This document shows positions 52,077 to 63,521 of a stretch of DNA of 64,000 bases, piece after piece. The translations under genes were made by a program, and so were the position numbers. The stretch lies in contig MQRK01227869.1 of the NCBI GenBank assembly GCA_001938485.1, positions 1 through 64,000 of the forward strand, read 5' to 3'. The number at the start of each line of letters is the position of its first letter. The first letter of the stretch is position 1. Below the pieces are notes generated by a model, which was not told the DNA's origin, made no database searches, and saw nothing but the letters and a program-made list of their open reading frames with translations. The DNA is from Girardia tigrina (Eukaryota).

Positions 52077-52247
52077 AGTCAAAAACATTAATCCAGTTTT
52101 ATCGGCAACTTTGAACGTTTTGTCCCCATTTTAGACTTTCATTTCATTAGTTTGAACCATTTTCAGAACCACAAACATCGATGAAACACGTTTAGCAATC
52201 AATTTCAAATCTCAAAAATGCGCAATCGACTCTTTGGTTTCGGTCAT
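52077..52247 (-). pseudogene. SOSS-B / SSB1 (NABP1/2-like) OB-fold N-terminal fragment, fused in frame to the RFC4 fragment
   Basis: MTETKESIAHF*DLKLIAKRVSSMFVVLKM...TFKVADKTGLMFLT aligns with hSSB1 [20 protein letters not shown]...TCKVADKTGSINIS; two in-frame stops. Confidence 0.7.
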
Positions 52248-53010
52248 TATTATATTAGATTTTCTGATGCACCATTGAAATCAGCACGACACGTTAATTA
52301 AGAAAGATATAATACATGCAGTAATCATTGCGATCTTTACTAAATCTTCCGTCCTTAAAATTCTTTCTGGTTCCCGAGCGTCCTACTTCAGTGGATTGCG
52401 TGTCGTCAACTAGTTGATCGCCTGTACGAGCGGTCTCTCGACTCTCACCGACGGTATAATCGACATCGACGAAATCCTTCGCGTTTACTCCTTTATTAAG
52501 ACCCGAAAAAGATATATATATTTCTTAAATTAAATATAAAGAATTGCTTAAAATATGTAAAAAAATGTTCCAATCTTTAACACATTCATTGCACACAATA
52601 CGTACATACAATACATGTCTACGAAAGCAATATAGACCCTATATACACCCGATTGAATAGTTAATTAAGTACAAAATTTCTAAATTGAAAAAAAATGAAA
52701 AACATGGAAGGAAATAAATATCCTCCGATCAGCGATACTAATAACACTGAATCATGGTATATTAATAGGTATATTATCATTGTTAGGAAGAATATAAGTA
52801 TTATAAATTATTATTATCAAATTATTGTTTAGAATTATCATTCAAATCTTTATTAATTTATTTAAAATTAATTAAATATGGTTCCAATAATTTCGTAATT
52901 AATTCTCGCATGTTTTATGTTTTGTTTTAGTCAGAATAAATTTTTGGTAACAAGTTTAAATTTGTATTGTTAATTCAATTTAGATATCGACTAACAATCA
53001 TAAAATAGCA

Positions 53011-53240
53011 ATGAGTGATACGGCACGGCTAATCAGTGTATATAATTTGGACGAAGATTATTTACCATCGGCTGGCAGTTGGATATTTCTGAATCTGCAG
53101 CCAAAATTATCATTTATAGATACGAAGAAACATGATAAATGACAAAAGAGAAGCACGGAAAGCACAAACAACTGGCACTGTAGACCGCAAAAAATATCAG
53201 GAATTTATTCCGGAGCTTTGGAACAGTTTGTTCTGAACGA
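53011..53240 (+). pseudogene. Tc1-like HTH remnant
   Basis: QLDISESAAKIIIYRYEET resembles the Tc1 L.IS.S.V..II.RY.ETG motif. Confidence 0.35.
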
Positions 53241-55399
53241 CGCATATTTTTATACTTATCTTATACATTTAAATACTGTAATACCTCACTTTTGTTAAAG
53301 GAGTGTGGTACTTATATTCTTCGATTTTTTATGGTTTTTTTGTGTGTTTGTCATATCTTATACGGTTGTACGACACTGGTGACGTGGTATGAATTGGCGT
53401 TATTTTATTTTATTTTATTTTGTTTTATTTTATTTTTATTTCGTTTTTTATTTGTTTTTAACTTCGGGTAATCTCCGAGATTACCGATGAAACGAAACAA
53501 TGAGAAGTAAAAAAAAAATCCTAAAATAAAGAAAGAAATAAAAGATCTGCAAAAAAAGAAGGAAAGTATCAAATAAAAGAAAAAATCGTATTATATTTAC
53601 GACAATTAATTTTTAAATATAAATTCAAATAAAATAATCGATGGCGATATTAATATCGTCATGGATCATAATTAAATATATACTGAATATTCTGGCAAGC
53701 AAAAATAAAAGAGACCTTATTGTCTGACTATAAATATTGGTGGTTCGTGGTCTAAGAAAACAAGGATTGTACAGATTGAATACGGTCGTTCAACGACAGA
53801 CTCTCGAACTAATATTCGCTCTTTTGCTGTGATTTTTTTTTATCTCAGAAATTCGACTTTTAAACGGTTATAATTTTTTTTGACCAGTATTGTTTAAGTT
53901 AGAATATATTTTCAAGCATTATTATTTTACGTTTGGTCTTAGAGAAACTCATCCTGATTAAATTAATCGAACAATAGATACCTAACTAAGTTCGATTAGT
54001 TTAGTCAGTTTGATTTTTACCTTTGAAATATATTTTCTTACTCAGTTAAAACTCTTGTATTGTCATCGTTATTTTTTTGGAACAAAACAAGAGTTTTACA
54101 AATACCATTTTAAATAATGAAATTGTATAATTGCTTTCTTATTCCCCATTCCTCAATAGAATTCCTTTTAAAATTCTAATTATGGTTGTCTATGATTTTC
54201 AAGAGCACTCAAACATCGGCCAGAGCTAATAGAAAAGTACAAAAAAGAAACTGAACATCTTTCATCCTTTCTGATTGTTGAAAAGATCAAAGGTTATCGA
54301 AAGGCCAGTCCAGTAGTTTTCGGCTCGTTCCCACTCGACCGGGAAAATCTAACGGGATCGGATCCGCGTGTAATCGTGTTGCTCGCGCCGCAAGTTAAAT
54401 CGGTCCCCGACGCGGAACTCGAGCGGCAATCCGTGATCGCCCTGTCCCTGATGACAAAAACTTCTTATAAAACTCAAAGAATAAAACTATGTGTACTAAA
54501 AGTAAAGGTTATTTCTTTCAATTGAGCAGTAGTTCTTGTTTTCTATAAAAGAAATAGTTTAAAAGACATTTTATTTTTTTCAACATTGACGACAATTTCT
54601 TTAGAGATAAGAAAATATAACAGACAATTTTGCATAAATAATCAATTTTAAATGCTTCTTATTCTTTCAAAAAAATATAATTTTATTTTTCTGAGACATG
54701 AGAATCCTTTGTCATAAAATATTGAAATGGGTTCAATTATTGCTTGCCAACATAATGCGCCCAACATCGGAATTAATTAAAACAATAATTTCACAAAAAA
54801 ATAAAATATTAATCTTAATTATTTCATTCATTTTGGTTATTTATTCTCTTTTAACTTTCATTATTTTATTGTTTGAAAATCGTATTCTCTTTTATTTGTC
54901 AGAAATTAATTTTCTATTTTTTTATATAATTATTTTATATGAAATCAGTTGAAAATTAAATGATGGAAAAATTGGAAATGAATTTTGTAATTGTTTTCAA
55001 TTTTCCTTTATTTCTTTCTCAATTTTCTTATCAATATTTATATAATTTTATTTCGTATTGGCTTAAAATCAATTATTCATCAAGAGAATATTGTAGCTTT
55101 ATAATTTGGAATTTTAATTTACCAAAAGAACATAAGGTCCTAAAAGCGTGAAAAAAATTTTTATAAAGTCCAAAAGTTAAATATCCAAAGGGATTATTCA
55201 AGAAAGCACTTTACTTGTCCAAGATAGTCATAAAATTGATTTGGCTTGGGTTTTGCGGCAGTAAATTTTAATTTATAATATTTGCCAAAATTTTAAATAA
55301 TTATTAATCTAATTTAATTATATATATATTATATTATATTATATATTATTGAGTCTTGTGAACGCAAGTTTAATATTTTTTAAAGTATAATTTCATTGA

Positions 55400-55920
55400 A
55401 GCTTCTTTTATATAATTATTGGACATGTTTCGATGTTTACATACGAAATTTTTATACGAAATTTACATACGTACATCATCATCAGCAATATTTGGAAATT
55501 TAGTATTTAAATATTTGAGTAGTACAATATTTTAATTGTTCTTAATAATATGATTTTAAAAGGTATATTAAGTTTAATTGGAATAATTTTAAAAATATAT
55601 TATAATTTATTAAAGTATTATTGGGGAATAATGGCAAAAATATTTTAATTATTGAAGTAATCTTACTTTGCCCATTCTGAATGTTAATTGATGGGTTGTA
55701 GTGTCTTATTAGTAGAGATTCACAAAACTGTCGTTCGTAATGTGAATCGATCCCTTTTGTAGAACATAAAACTCATCTTTTGAAATGGATGAGGTTCTAT
55801 TCTTACAATATAACCAGTGATCAAGAACCTTACTCGATCGACTCATTTTTGAGTGCTCACTAATCCGGGTTTTGAGATGATGATTTGTCTGTCCGATGTG
55901 AACTTTACTCCTCTTTCAGG
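55400..55920 (-). mobile_element. Penelope-like element 3' end (GIY-YIG remnant)
   Basis: KVHIGQTNHHLKTRISEH ... ESLLIRHYNPSINIQ, followed by the hammerhead. Confidence 0.8.
55417..55490 (-). ncRNA. Type I hammerhead ribozyme with an expanded loop II (PLE-associated)
   Basis: TATTG-CTGATGA-T-GATGT-(loop)-ACATC-GAAA-CATG-TC-CAATA: perfect 5-bp stem I, canonical core, GUC triplet. Confidence 0.8.
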
Positions 55921-56291
55921 TATTAAGCCTATAGGCTTTTTAGGAAGTCCTGAGACGCTGACGATGATCAAAAAGCACTCTCCCAACTGGGTATCCATGC
56001 TTCTGCTCTGCCGGCTAACTAACTTCATTGCAACGCCGCTCATAAAGATTGATTCATCGAGAATCATTGCGATGCAATCCCACCAGTCGACCGCAGAGTC
56101 ACTACTCCCTTTCGAATAATTCAAATGTTATTAAATCTTTGGATTAATTTAATCCCGTCAATTCTGAACAATTTTTGGAAATTTTGAACAGGTTTTAATG
56201 ATATTGTCACTCATTTTGACAATCTTGTGTCTACATCAAATACTTAAATCCGCAACAAAATGACGACATACAAATTTTTAGTTACTACGAC

Positions 56292-56705
56292 TATTAACAA
56301 CATCAATATGAGTTTTGCAACATTTATTATTATCACAAGCGCATTCACTATTTGACATCTCTCTTGATCAATATATTTCCAAGTTCAAACTAATTAATTT
56401 CAATAAATGAAAATCTGTTAATAAAAATTATTAATTATAAAGAATTAAATTGGTTGAAATTAAATCTAAACATTTTTTAAAAAAGAATATATTAAATTAA
56501 TATATTAAAATTTTAAATTACATTAAAAATTAAATAATACATTCAAAAATTATTTTAAATCTTTTTACTTTAAAATTAAATTAAATTATTTTTAATTAGT
56601 AGGAATCAAAGAAAATACCAATCATCCATCTGTGTAGGAGAGACACAATCCGAATCAGCATTCTACATGCACAATATCAACACACAATTCAAAACATTCC
56701 TCACA
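56292..56705 (-). mobile_element. Solo LTR, gypsy family A (TG...TA)
   Basis: TSD ACGAC at 56287-56291 and 56706-56710. Confidence 0.92.
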
Positions 56706-56957
56706 ACGACAAAATTTTTCCATTCATAAAACAGTCAATCAATATCCTACAAATTAGTTCAGTTGATCCATAATCAAAACTAATCTACGGTGAAGGACAT
56801 AGAACTTTTGAATATTGACTTATTTTATTTCTGCATTCAGAAAACTGTTAGTTCATCAATTTATTTGTTCATCTTCTTTTGTTAATTAAAAAAAATATTA
56901 ATTAAGTAAGGGATTTACTAAATATAGCACATTTATAATAAATAGTAATAATTATTT

Positions 56958-57313
56958 CTTTCTTGATTCGGTGGGTGGTGGTGCATGGCCGTTCTTAGTT
57001 GGTGGAGCGATTTGTCTGGTTAATTCCGATAACGAACGAGACTCTGGCCTACTAAATAGTGTGATTGTGTTTAATNNNNNNNNNNNNNNNNNNNNNNNNN
57101 NNNNNNNNNNNNNNNNNNNNNNNNNNNNNNNNNNNNNNNNNNNNNNNNNNNNNNNNNNNNNNNNNNNNNNNNNNNNNNNNNNNNNNNNNNNNNNNNNNNN
57201 NNNNNNNNNNNNNNNNNNNNNNNNNNNNNNNNNNNNNNNNNNAATAGTGGATTGAAATTATCCCACTTGAACGAGGAATTCCTAGTAAGTACAAGTCACT
57301 AACTTGTGCTGAT

Positions 57314-57356
<43 letters not shown>

Positions 57357-57358
57357 AT
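56958..57358 (+). rRNA. 18S rRNA: Isolated eukaryotic 18S rRNA gene fragment (V7-V8 region), probably non-functional
   Basis: GGTGGTGCATGGCCGTTCTTAGTTGGTGGAGCGATTTGTCTGGTTAATTCCGATAACGAACGAGAC and GATTACGTCCCTGCCCTTTGTACACACCGCCCGTCGCTACTACCG; non-rDNA on both flanks, N gap inside. Confidence 0.93.
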
Positions 57359-57415
57359 ATAATATTAATGGAATCATTGGTGACTTGGTGTGTATATACA
57401 AAGCAATAGAAATAA

Positions 57416-57772
57416 TCAGTCATAGAAATGTCTGTTTGATTTACGCTTCGGTGACACATTGGTGGTGATTGGATATATGGATGTAACAGAATCTCCATTA
57501 CCTTTCATTCTTTTTAAAGGAATCATTTCTGAATCGATATAATTTTGATTGCTGTTGATAACACTATAATCAACCATGATTTTATTTGGTACTTCATCTG
57601 GATCTGCAACTACTAATCGTCTTGGTAACGGTAGTAAATATTTAGTATATACTTTGATTAAATCATCCCATGTATCTCTTTCAGATATGAGAATTTTAAA
57701 AGGAGTTTTACAAATTAAATCGAATAGTTGTGAAAAAGATTTACAATTAGGCTCTGAGATATTAAAATACAT
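57416..57772 (-). CDS. Ashwin-like (C2orf49 family) small protein
   Basis: Uninterrupted 118-aa ORF; ISEPNCKSFSQL...DDLIKVYTKYLLPLPRR resembles ashwin L.HPE.LS...L...D.L..LY.....PLPQR; basic SPKRK near the C-terminus. Confidence 0.45.
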   Translation of the reverse strand: MYFNISEPNCKSFSQLFDLICKTPFKILISERDTWDDLIKVYTKYLLPLPRRLVVADPDEVPNKIMVDYSVINSNQNYIDSEMIPLKRMKGNGDSVTSIYPITTNVSPKRKSNRHFYD

Positions 57773-59555
57773 TAATTAATAAAGTAATTTTTATTTATAA
57801 CTAAAAGCTGGAGGGTAGGGTCATTGATTTCATTGAAAATTCAAAAAGTGAAAGCGTAAGTAGTTGTCTAAATGGGGGCACGACAATCACGTCTCGAAAG
57901 TTAAGTCTCGGAAATAAAAATTTTAAAAAATGAAAATTTCGGATAAATTTTAGAAAAAAATTTAATTTAATAAAATATAAAATAATAGAAGAAAATAGAA
58001 ACAAACAATCTGACTTATTTTTTCAAGTATGAGAAATTAGTTAATTTTCATTTCGCTGATCAAGATTTAAATAATTAAATATTATTTAAGATTAAAATCA
58101 AATTTAAAACTTAAAGTTAAATATTTTAAATAATACTTTAAAATTTTTCATTTTTTTCTAAAACTTACTGCAATTTTTCCTTTTTTCAAATTTATTATTT
58201 AAAAAAACCAATTAATTTTCGAGACTTAATTATCGTACAGATGACTTGGGAAAAATTTATAATAATTAAATATTAATAAGTGATTACAGGTTGCAAAATA
58301 AAATAAATAAATAATAAGCAAGGTCTGTAAAAATGTTATGTATATTTATTAAAAGAAGATATAATGAAAAAATGTCATAAAAAAGAATTTTTTGCTAAAT
58401 CAATTGTATTATTTTTCTTTCTATACAAAAGTAAAAATTAAAAATAATAATATTTGTAATTACTTTGATAATGTAGATTTTTCTTTTTTTCTCTTTAATT
58501 AAATTGTTGTGGTATATTTAATAAATCTCTTTTATCATATTTTTTTATAAATATTTAAAAAAAGTTCGAAAATCTTAACAGTGATTTTCTGGCTTTCTTA
58601 ACACCATTTTTATCATATACTACAAATTTTAATATTTCATTGAAGTATTAAAAAGCTACGTAGCTTATAAAACAACCTTCTTCACTAAAAAATTAGGAAA
58701 AACAACGAAAGGTTTCAAAACTTTAAAATGAATAACTTTATTTTATAAGTCTTCAATACAGCAAACCGTTATGAGAAATATTTAGATAAAAAAGGTTAAA
58801 AGCCATAAAAGATAAGTACAAAAATTCAAACAGTATTTGTTAATCTCGTAAAATTCTAAAATTATTTATAACATTTATTAATGTGAATTTAGAACAACTT
58901 AAGAATTTCGAAAAGGTAACAAGTTGTAACTAATTAGGCGGTCTAAATTTTGTAATGTTTATTTATTTTAAAATATTCTTAATCGTTTTCTTTCGTCACA
59001 TTTAAATTGGGAAATCTCCACGAAGGATATTTCCAAAGAAACAATAAAATAGAAATAAATAAATTTTTTAAAAACAGAAAACTCATCAAATATAGCCGAC
59101 AACTTAATTATTAATAGCTCAACATTGCTTCTCTATTTCACATTGAGGATCGGTTTTGATGCTTTGATTTTTTTACTATTTTGAGAAATTTCTCCAAAGA
59201 TAAATCTCACGAGAATTCTCCCAAGAAAAATGGTTCAAGAATTAATTTATATGATGGAGAACCGCTGGAAATTCTGATTAACAATTTGCTAAAGAAGTAA
59301 AGGTTAAAATAATTAATATTCATTTTTGAGATGAATATTTTTCCAACACGACTATTTCTACATTCTCTGAACTTGGTAAACAAATATATTTTGACGTATT
59401 ATTAATTGTTTGAGTATTTGAGTATTCTACTGTTGGGTCCCCGTAATAACGAAGATTTTTGACAAATCAAATTATGGTCAAAATTGAAGAATATGTATAT
59501 TTAAATAACATTTATATTCAACACTACACAATTTTAGGACTTGTATTTGTATTAT

Positions 59556-59710
59556 TGTGAGGAATATTTTAAATTGTTTGAATGTGTAAATGTATTGATG
59601 CGGTATGTTGATTTGAGTATGTTGAATTTAGAATGGTGATTCTCCCACCCGGATGGAAATTGATATTTTTTATTTAAATTTAAAGTGATTGACTATTCGA
59701 ACATAATTAA
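59556..59710 (+). mobile_element. 5' part of an LTR, family C
   Basis: TGTGAGGAATATTTT...GGTATGTTGATTTGAGTATG...TAGAATGGTGATTCTCCC...GGATGGA; similar to 32111. Confidence 0.6.
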
Positions 59711-60893
59711 AAAAATCATTTTATAAGTTCATATCTTTAATTTCAGAATTAAAATTAAGTTTAATAATTTATAGTAAAATTTAAATTAAATGCATTTTTA
59801 ATAATTAAAAAAATATTGTTCCTTATATTTATCCATCCTTTCTACATTTTACTTGAGTTACATATTCTAGCAAGAAGAACTCGGATATTTCGAACTTGGT
59901 TATCTCGAAGACTTGCTTTGATTATTAAAGAACGATTTAAATATTTTTTGTATTTGATTAGAAAACATTTGGATTTAGAGGTTGATTAAAAACGATTAAG
60001 TCTTCGTGTCTTATTAGAAACGATTCATAATTATTCAATTAAAAAAATTTGTCTTTGAGACGAAATTTTCAATCGAATATTAGAAACGAAATTCGATCTG
60101 AACATTTTAAAAAGGGCCTAGCACAAAGAGCAGCGACAAAAATAACTGCGACTCCTCTACCACCGGTCAGTCTCTAGGGAAACATGTGGACTTTTCTAAT
60201 GCCTATGATAATATTGTTATTTAAAGCACTAACTGGATGTATATTAATAAAATATCATTTATGAAATAAAATTTATTATCTAAAGTGTATTATCTAAAAA
60301 TAATCAAGGATGTTTAAATTATCAATTTATTAGAATCGCAACTCAAGCTATATAATGATAATAAATATAATGATCAAACTATCAAAATAATATTTTTATT
60401 AATATATTTCATCAACTCAATTTATAATGGTTATTATTTGAATTAATTGAATTCTTTTCGAATATTTGAAAATAGATTTAGAATTATATTTTTTTAAATT
60501 TTATTTTACCGTGAAATTTATAAATAAATAAAATTTTTAAATTTAATGATATTTTATTTTATAATATAATAAAAACGAATTATTAAAGAAAAGAAAACAA
60601 ATCTTTTTCTTGTTGATAATAGAGAATTTGTCGATAGAATCTTCTATTACCAGTGGATCGTGTGAAAGAAGAAGATTGTGTTTATGATTTAATAAAAAAT
60701 TCTTAACTTTACTTCCAACAAATATTTACAAAACATGATTTAATCAAATTCAATAACTAAACAAAAAACAAATGCAATTTTATGATTATTCTTTAACGAT
60801 CCGCTGAAATATCTTTCAATAATTGAATTACGTGTCGAAGAGAAAGTTTTTCCTCTCTAGAAATTCTAAAAGGAAACTCAGTATCGTCTGGAG

Positions 60894-60930
60894 AATAATA
60901 ATAATTATAATAATAATAATAATAATAATA

Positions 60931-60960
<30 letters not shown>
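60894..60960. repeat. (AAT)n-(ATT)n inverted microsatellite
   Basis: An AAT run followed directly by an ATT run, at the point where the gypsy RT is truncated. Confidence 0.9.
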
Positions 60961-60961
<1 letters not shown>

Positions 60962-61268
60962 GAATTCCAAAAGGCATTCTTTTAAAACCATATTGACCAT
61001 TATTTATTGAAAACGCTGTTTTAATCTTTGATTCTTCTTCTAATTCAACCTGATAATATGCATTTCCCAGATCGATTGTACTAAAATATATTGCTCCATT
61101 CAACGTGTTTAACATGTCATTCACATTTGGCATAGGAAATGCCGGTCTTACCGTAATTTTATTCAACTGTCGAAAATCGACACATACTCGAATGTCTTGT
61201 TTCTCTTTTTTACATACACACACCAGAGAAAAGTTCCATGGAGAACTACACTTTTCAATTATACCCTT
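60961..61268 (-). pseudogene. pol: gypsy reverse transcriptase N-terminal fragment
   Basis: GIIEKCSSPWNFSLVCVCKKEKQDIRVCVDFRQLNKIT...FKRMPFG; ends before the YxDD motif. Confidence 0.93.
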
Positions 61269-62430
61269 TAGTAGGAACATGAGCATTCTCCCTCACATGA
61301 CCCCAGAGGGGGGTACCCATTGCCATGGCAAAGGTTACCATGGCAACGGTCGCGGTCACCATAGCTACGGTTCCGGTTTGCTTGGTAACGCTTTTGGTTC
61401 GTCCTTGGTACCACAGAAACGGTTCCGGTTCACTTGGAAACGCTTCTGATTGGCTCTTAGGTCCCTAGCAACGGTTTTGATTACCTTTGCAACGGTTCCG
61501 ATCACCCTAGCAAAGGTTTGGATTAGTTCCATTTACCTTGGTAACAGTTCCTGTTCACTTAACAACGCTTCTGAGTTGTTCCTGTTTACCGAGCAATGCA
61601 AATGTGCTAAGTCAATCAAAATCAAGTTCCAAATGTGTAAATCAATAGTGCAAAATGTGCAAAAATCAGACGGTTCCCATGTCCTTAGCCTAGGCAGCAA
61701 CTGTCGCGATCACCCTAGTCTAGTCAGAAACGCTTCTGATTAGTTACTGGTTCCTTGAGAATATTTAATTGTTCTAAGAAGAATAAATTTTATTCCAAAT
61801 TCCATAGAATTTATTTTGTTCTAAAAGAATATTATTTTGTTCTAAAAGAATATTATTTCGTTCTAAAAGAACATTATTTTATTTTAATCTAAGAATATTT
61901 TTAAGAATATTTAATTGTTGTAATAAATATTAAAAATAAATTTATAAAACTATAACTTAATTTTTTTATATAGAAAAATAGAACCAAAAAATTATATAAC
62001 GATTAAGACTTAGAAAGTACAAGAGAGAATAATTGTGTAATTCAAGAGGAAAAGTATGATTAGATAATCAAAAAAGATAAGATAAAATATATTATATTTA
62101 CTTTCCCAAATTTACATTTATAAACTACTGCTCTATTGATTAATCAATAGAATAGTTGTTTATAAATGTAAAGATATAAAGAATATTAAACACAGCATAT
62201 ATAAAAATAAATGCAGTAGTAGTTTAAAAATGTAAAGATATATAAAATTATAAAACACATGTTAATCGATCACTGCACAGTGCCAAAATGTTTTAATTGA
62301 TATTTTTAAAGTGCCAATCGATATTGTACCTTGTGCCGCACATTTTAAATGTGCTAGCACAATGCTTTTTAAGTTGCATATGTGCAAAAGTGTAAAAATC
62401 AATACATAATTTTTTTTAAAAGTGCTAGAG
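61269..62430 (+). mobile_element. X-box/CCAAT array element (copy 2), inserted in gypsy pol
   Basis: TAGTAGGAA start; GTTACCATGGCAAC at 61334 and GTCACCATAGCTAC at 61355; CTGATTGG at 61446; 3' segment homologous to 22190-22300; internal 21-bp AT-rich tandem TTCTAAAAGAATATTATTTTG at ~61800-61890. Confidence 0.75.
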
Positions 62431-62715
62431 TCCAGAATCGATATCATGTGTTTGATGCACATTTTGATTCTCTACATCCCACTTGTCAGCCATGAATATT
62501 GATTTAGATTCTGTTAATAGTCTCATTAGTTGGTAGTCAACTTTGGTGTTATATATTTCTTTAATTCTCTTTAGTCTGCCATCATCTGTTTGACTATCTC
62601 TAATCATCCATATATCCCTTGAATCTATAGTTTCCTTTCGTTTAATTCAAATTTTTTTCTAAAAAGGCAACTCTTGCTATCATTTCTGGGTTGAGTTCTT
62701 TGACTACATAAAACT

Positions 62716-63042
62716 CTATAATTTTTGTACTCCTTCAATTATTACATTTAGTTTAACAATTCCATAATTTATAAGTTTTAAGTCATTTGCACAATAAATG
62801 CGTTTACTCGTTGTCTTTATCTGAACATCTTTCATACTTTTAAGTATATCTGCTTTAACCACATTTACTTTGGCACCGGTATCCAACAGACATTCAACAT
62901 TCATATTCTTTGTATGAAATTCAATGCTTGATCTTCCATTCAATTTGTCATATCTAATATTGAGCTTTGATATTTTCAACATTTCTTCCTGTTTCAACTT
63001 TTCCGATTTTGTCTTTATCTCCTTATCAAAACAGTGTTTCAA
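62716..63042 (-). pseudogene. gypsy aspartic protease region
   Basis: VECLLDTGAKVNVV...CANDLKL..YG. Confidence 0.9.
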
Positions 63043-63089
63043 ATTCTTCTTTCCAACAATCTAATTCACATAGTTTTTTTTTGCGTAGT

Positions 63090-63521
63090 TCATACGTATT
63101 TGTCCTTTGTTTCGGTAGCTCCTCTCAATTTCAATTCTCTATTCACCTCATAATCGTCAACCATATTCATACAAACAAGGTTGCGCAGCTTTTTCTTAGA
63201 AAGTTTGCTTTTTGTTAATATCTTCACTAATTCTTCGGCTTTTTTGAACGTTTCTTCCTTCATTGTGTCAGGCAGAGATTTTTCTTTCACAAATGGCGTT
63301 TTCAGTTTTTCTTTATACGTATTTTCATCTGCTTCTGAAAATTTTGTGATTTCTGATGGAGTCATGAAGATCGTCACCATTACTAATCTTCTATCTTCTG
63401 TTATAGCCATAATATCCGCATAACGTTCGGAATTTTTTATGAAGTCATCTAATTTCGACTCGGATCCATTGAATTTTTCGTGTCCCATAATGTTCGTTGT
63501 CACATGAGCTGTGGTCGCCAT
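63090..63521 (-). pseudogene. gag: gypsy gag (decayed)
   Basis: ORF directly after the LTR/PBS with EKFNG...DDFI...ERYA, a typical gag N-terminus. Confidence 0.75.
63508..63520 (-). promoter_or_regulatory. Primer binding site (tRNA-Arg-like, TGGCGACC)
   Basis: TGGCGACCACAGC immediately 3' of the LTR end; TGGCGACC PBSs are used by 412/mdg1-type gypsy elements. Confidence 0.8.

Noticed and set aside
56971-57498. ORFs overlapping the 18S fragment and N gap
   Set aside because: Spurious translations of rDNA and Ns.
60828-60960. Poly-isoleucine membrane-like tail on the RT ORF
   Set aside because: Translation of an AAT/ATT microsatellite beyond the truncation point.
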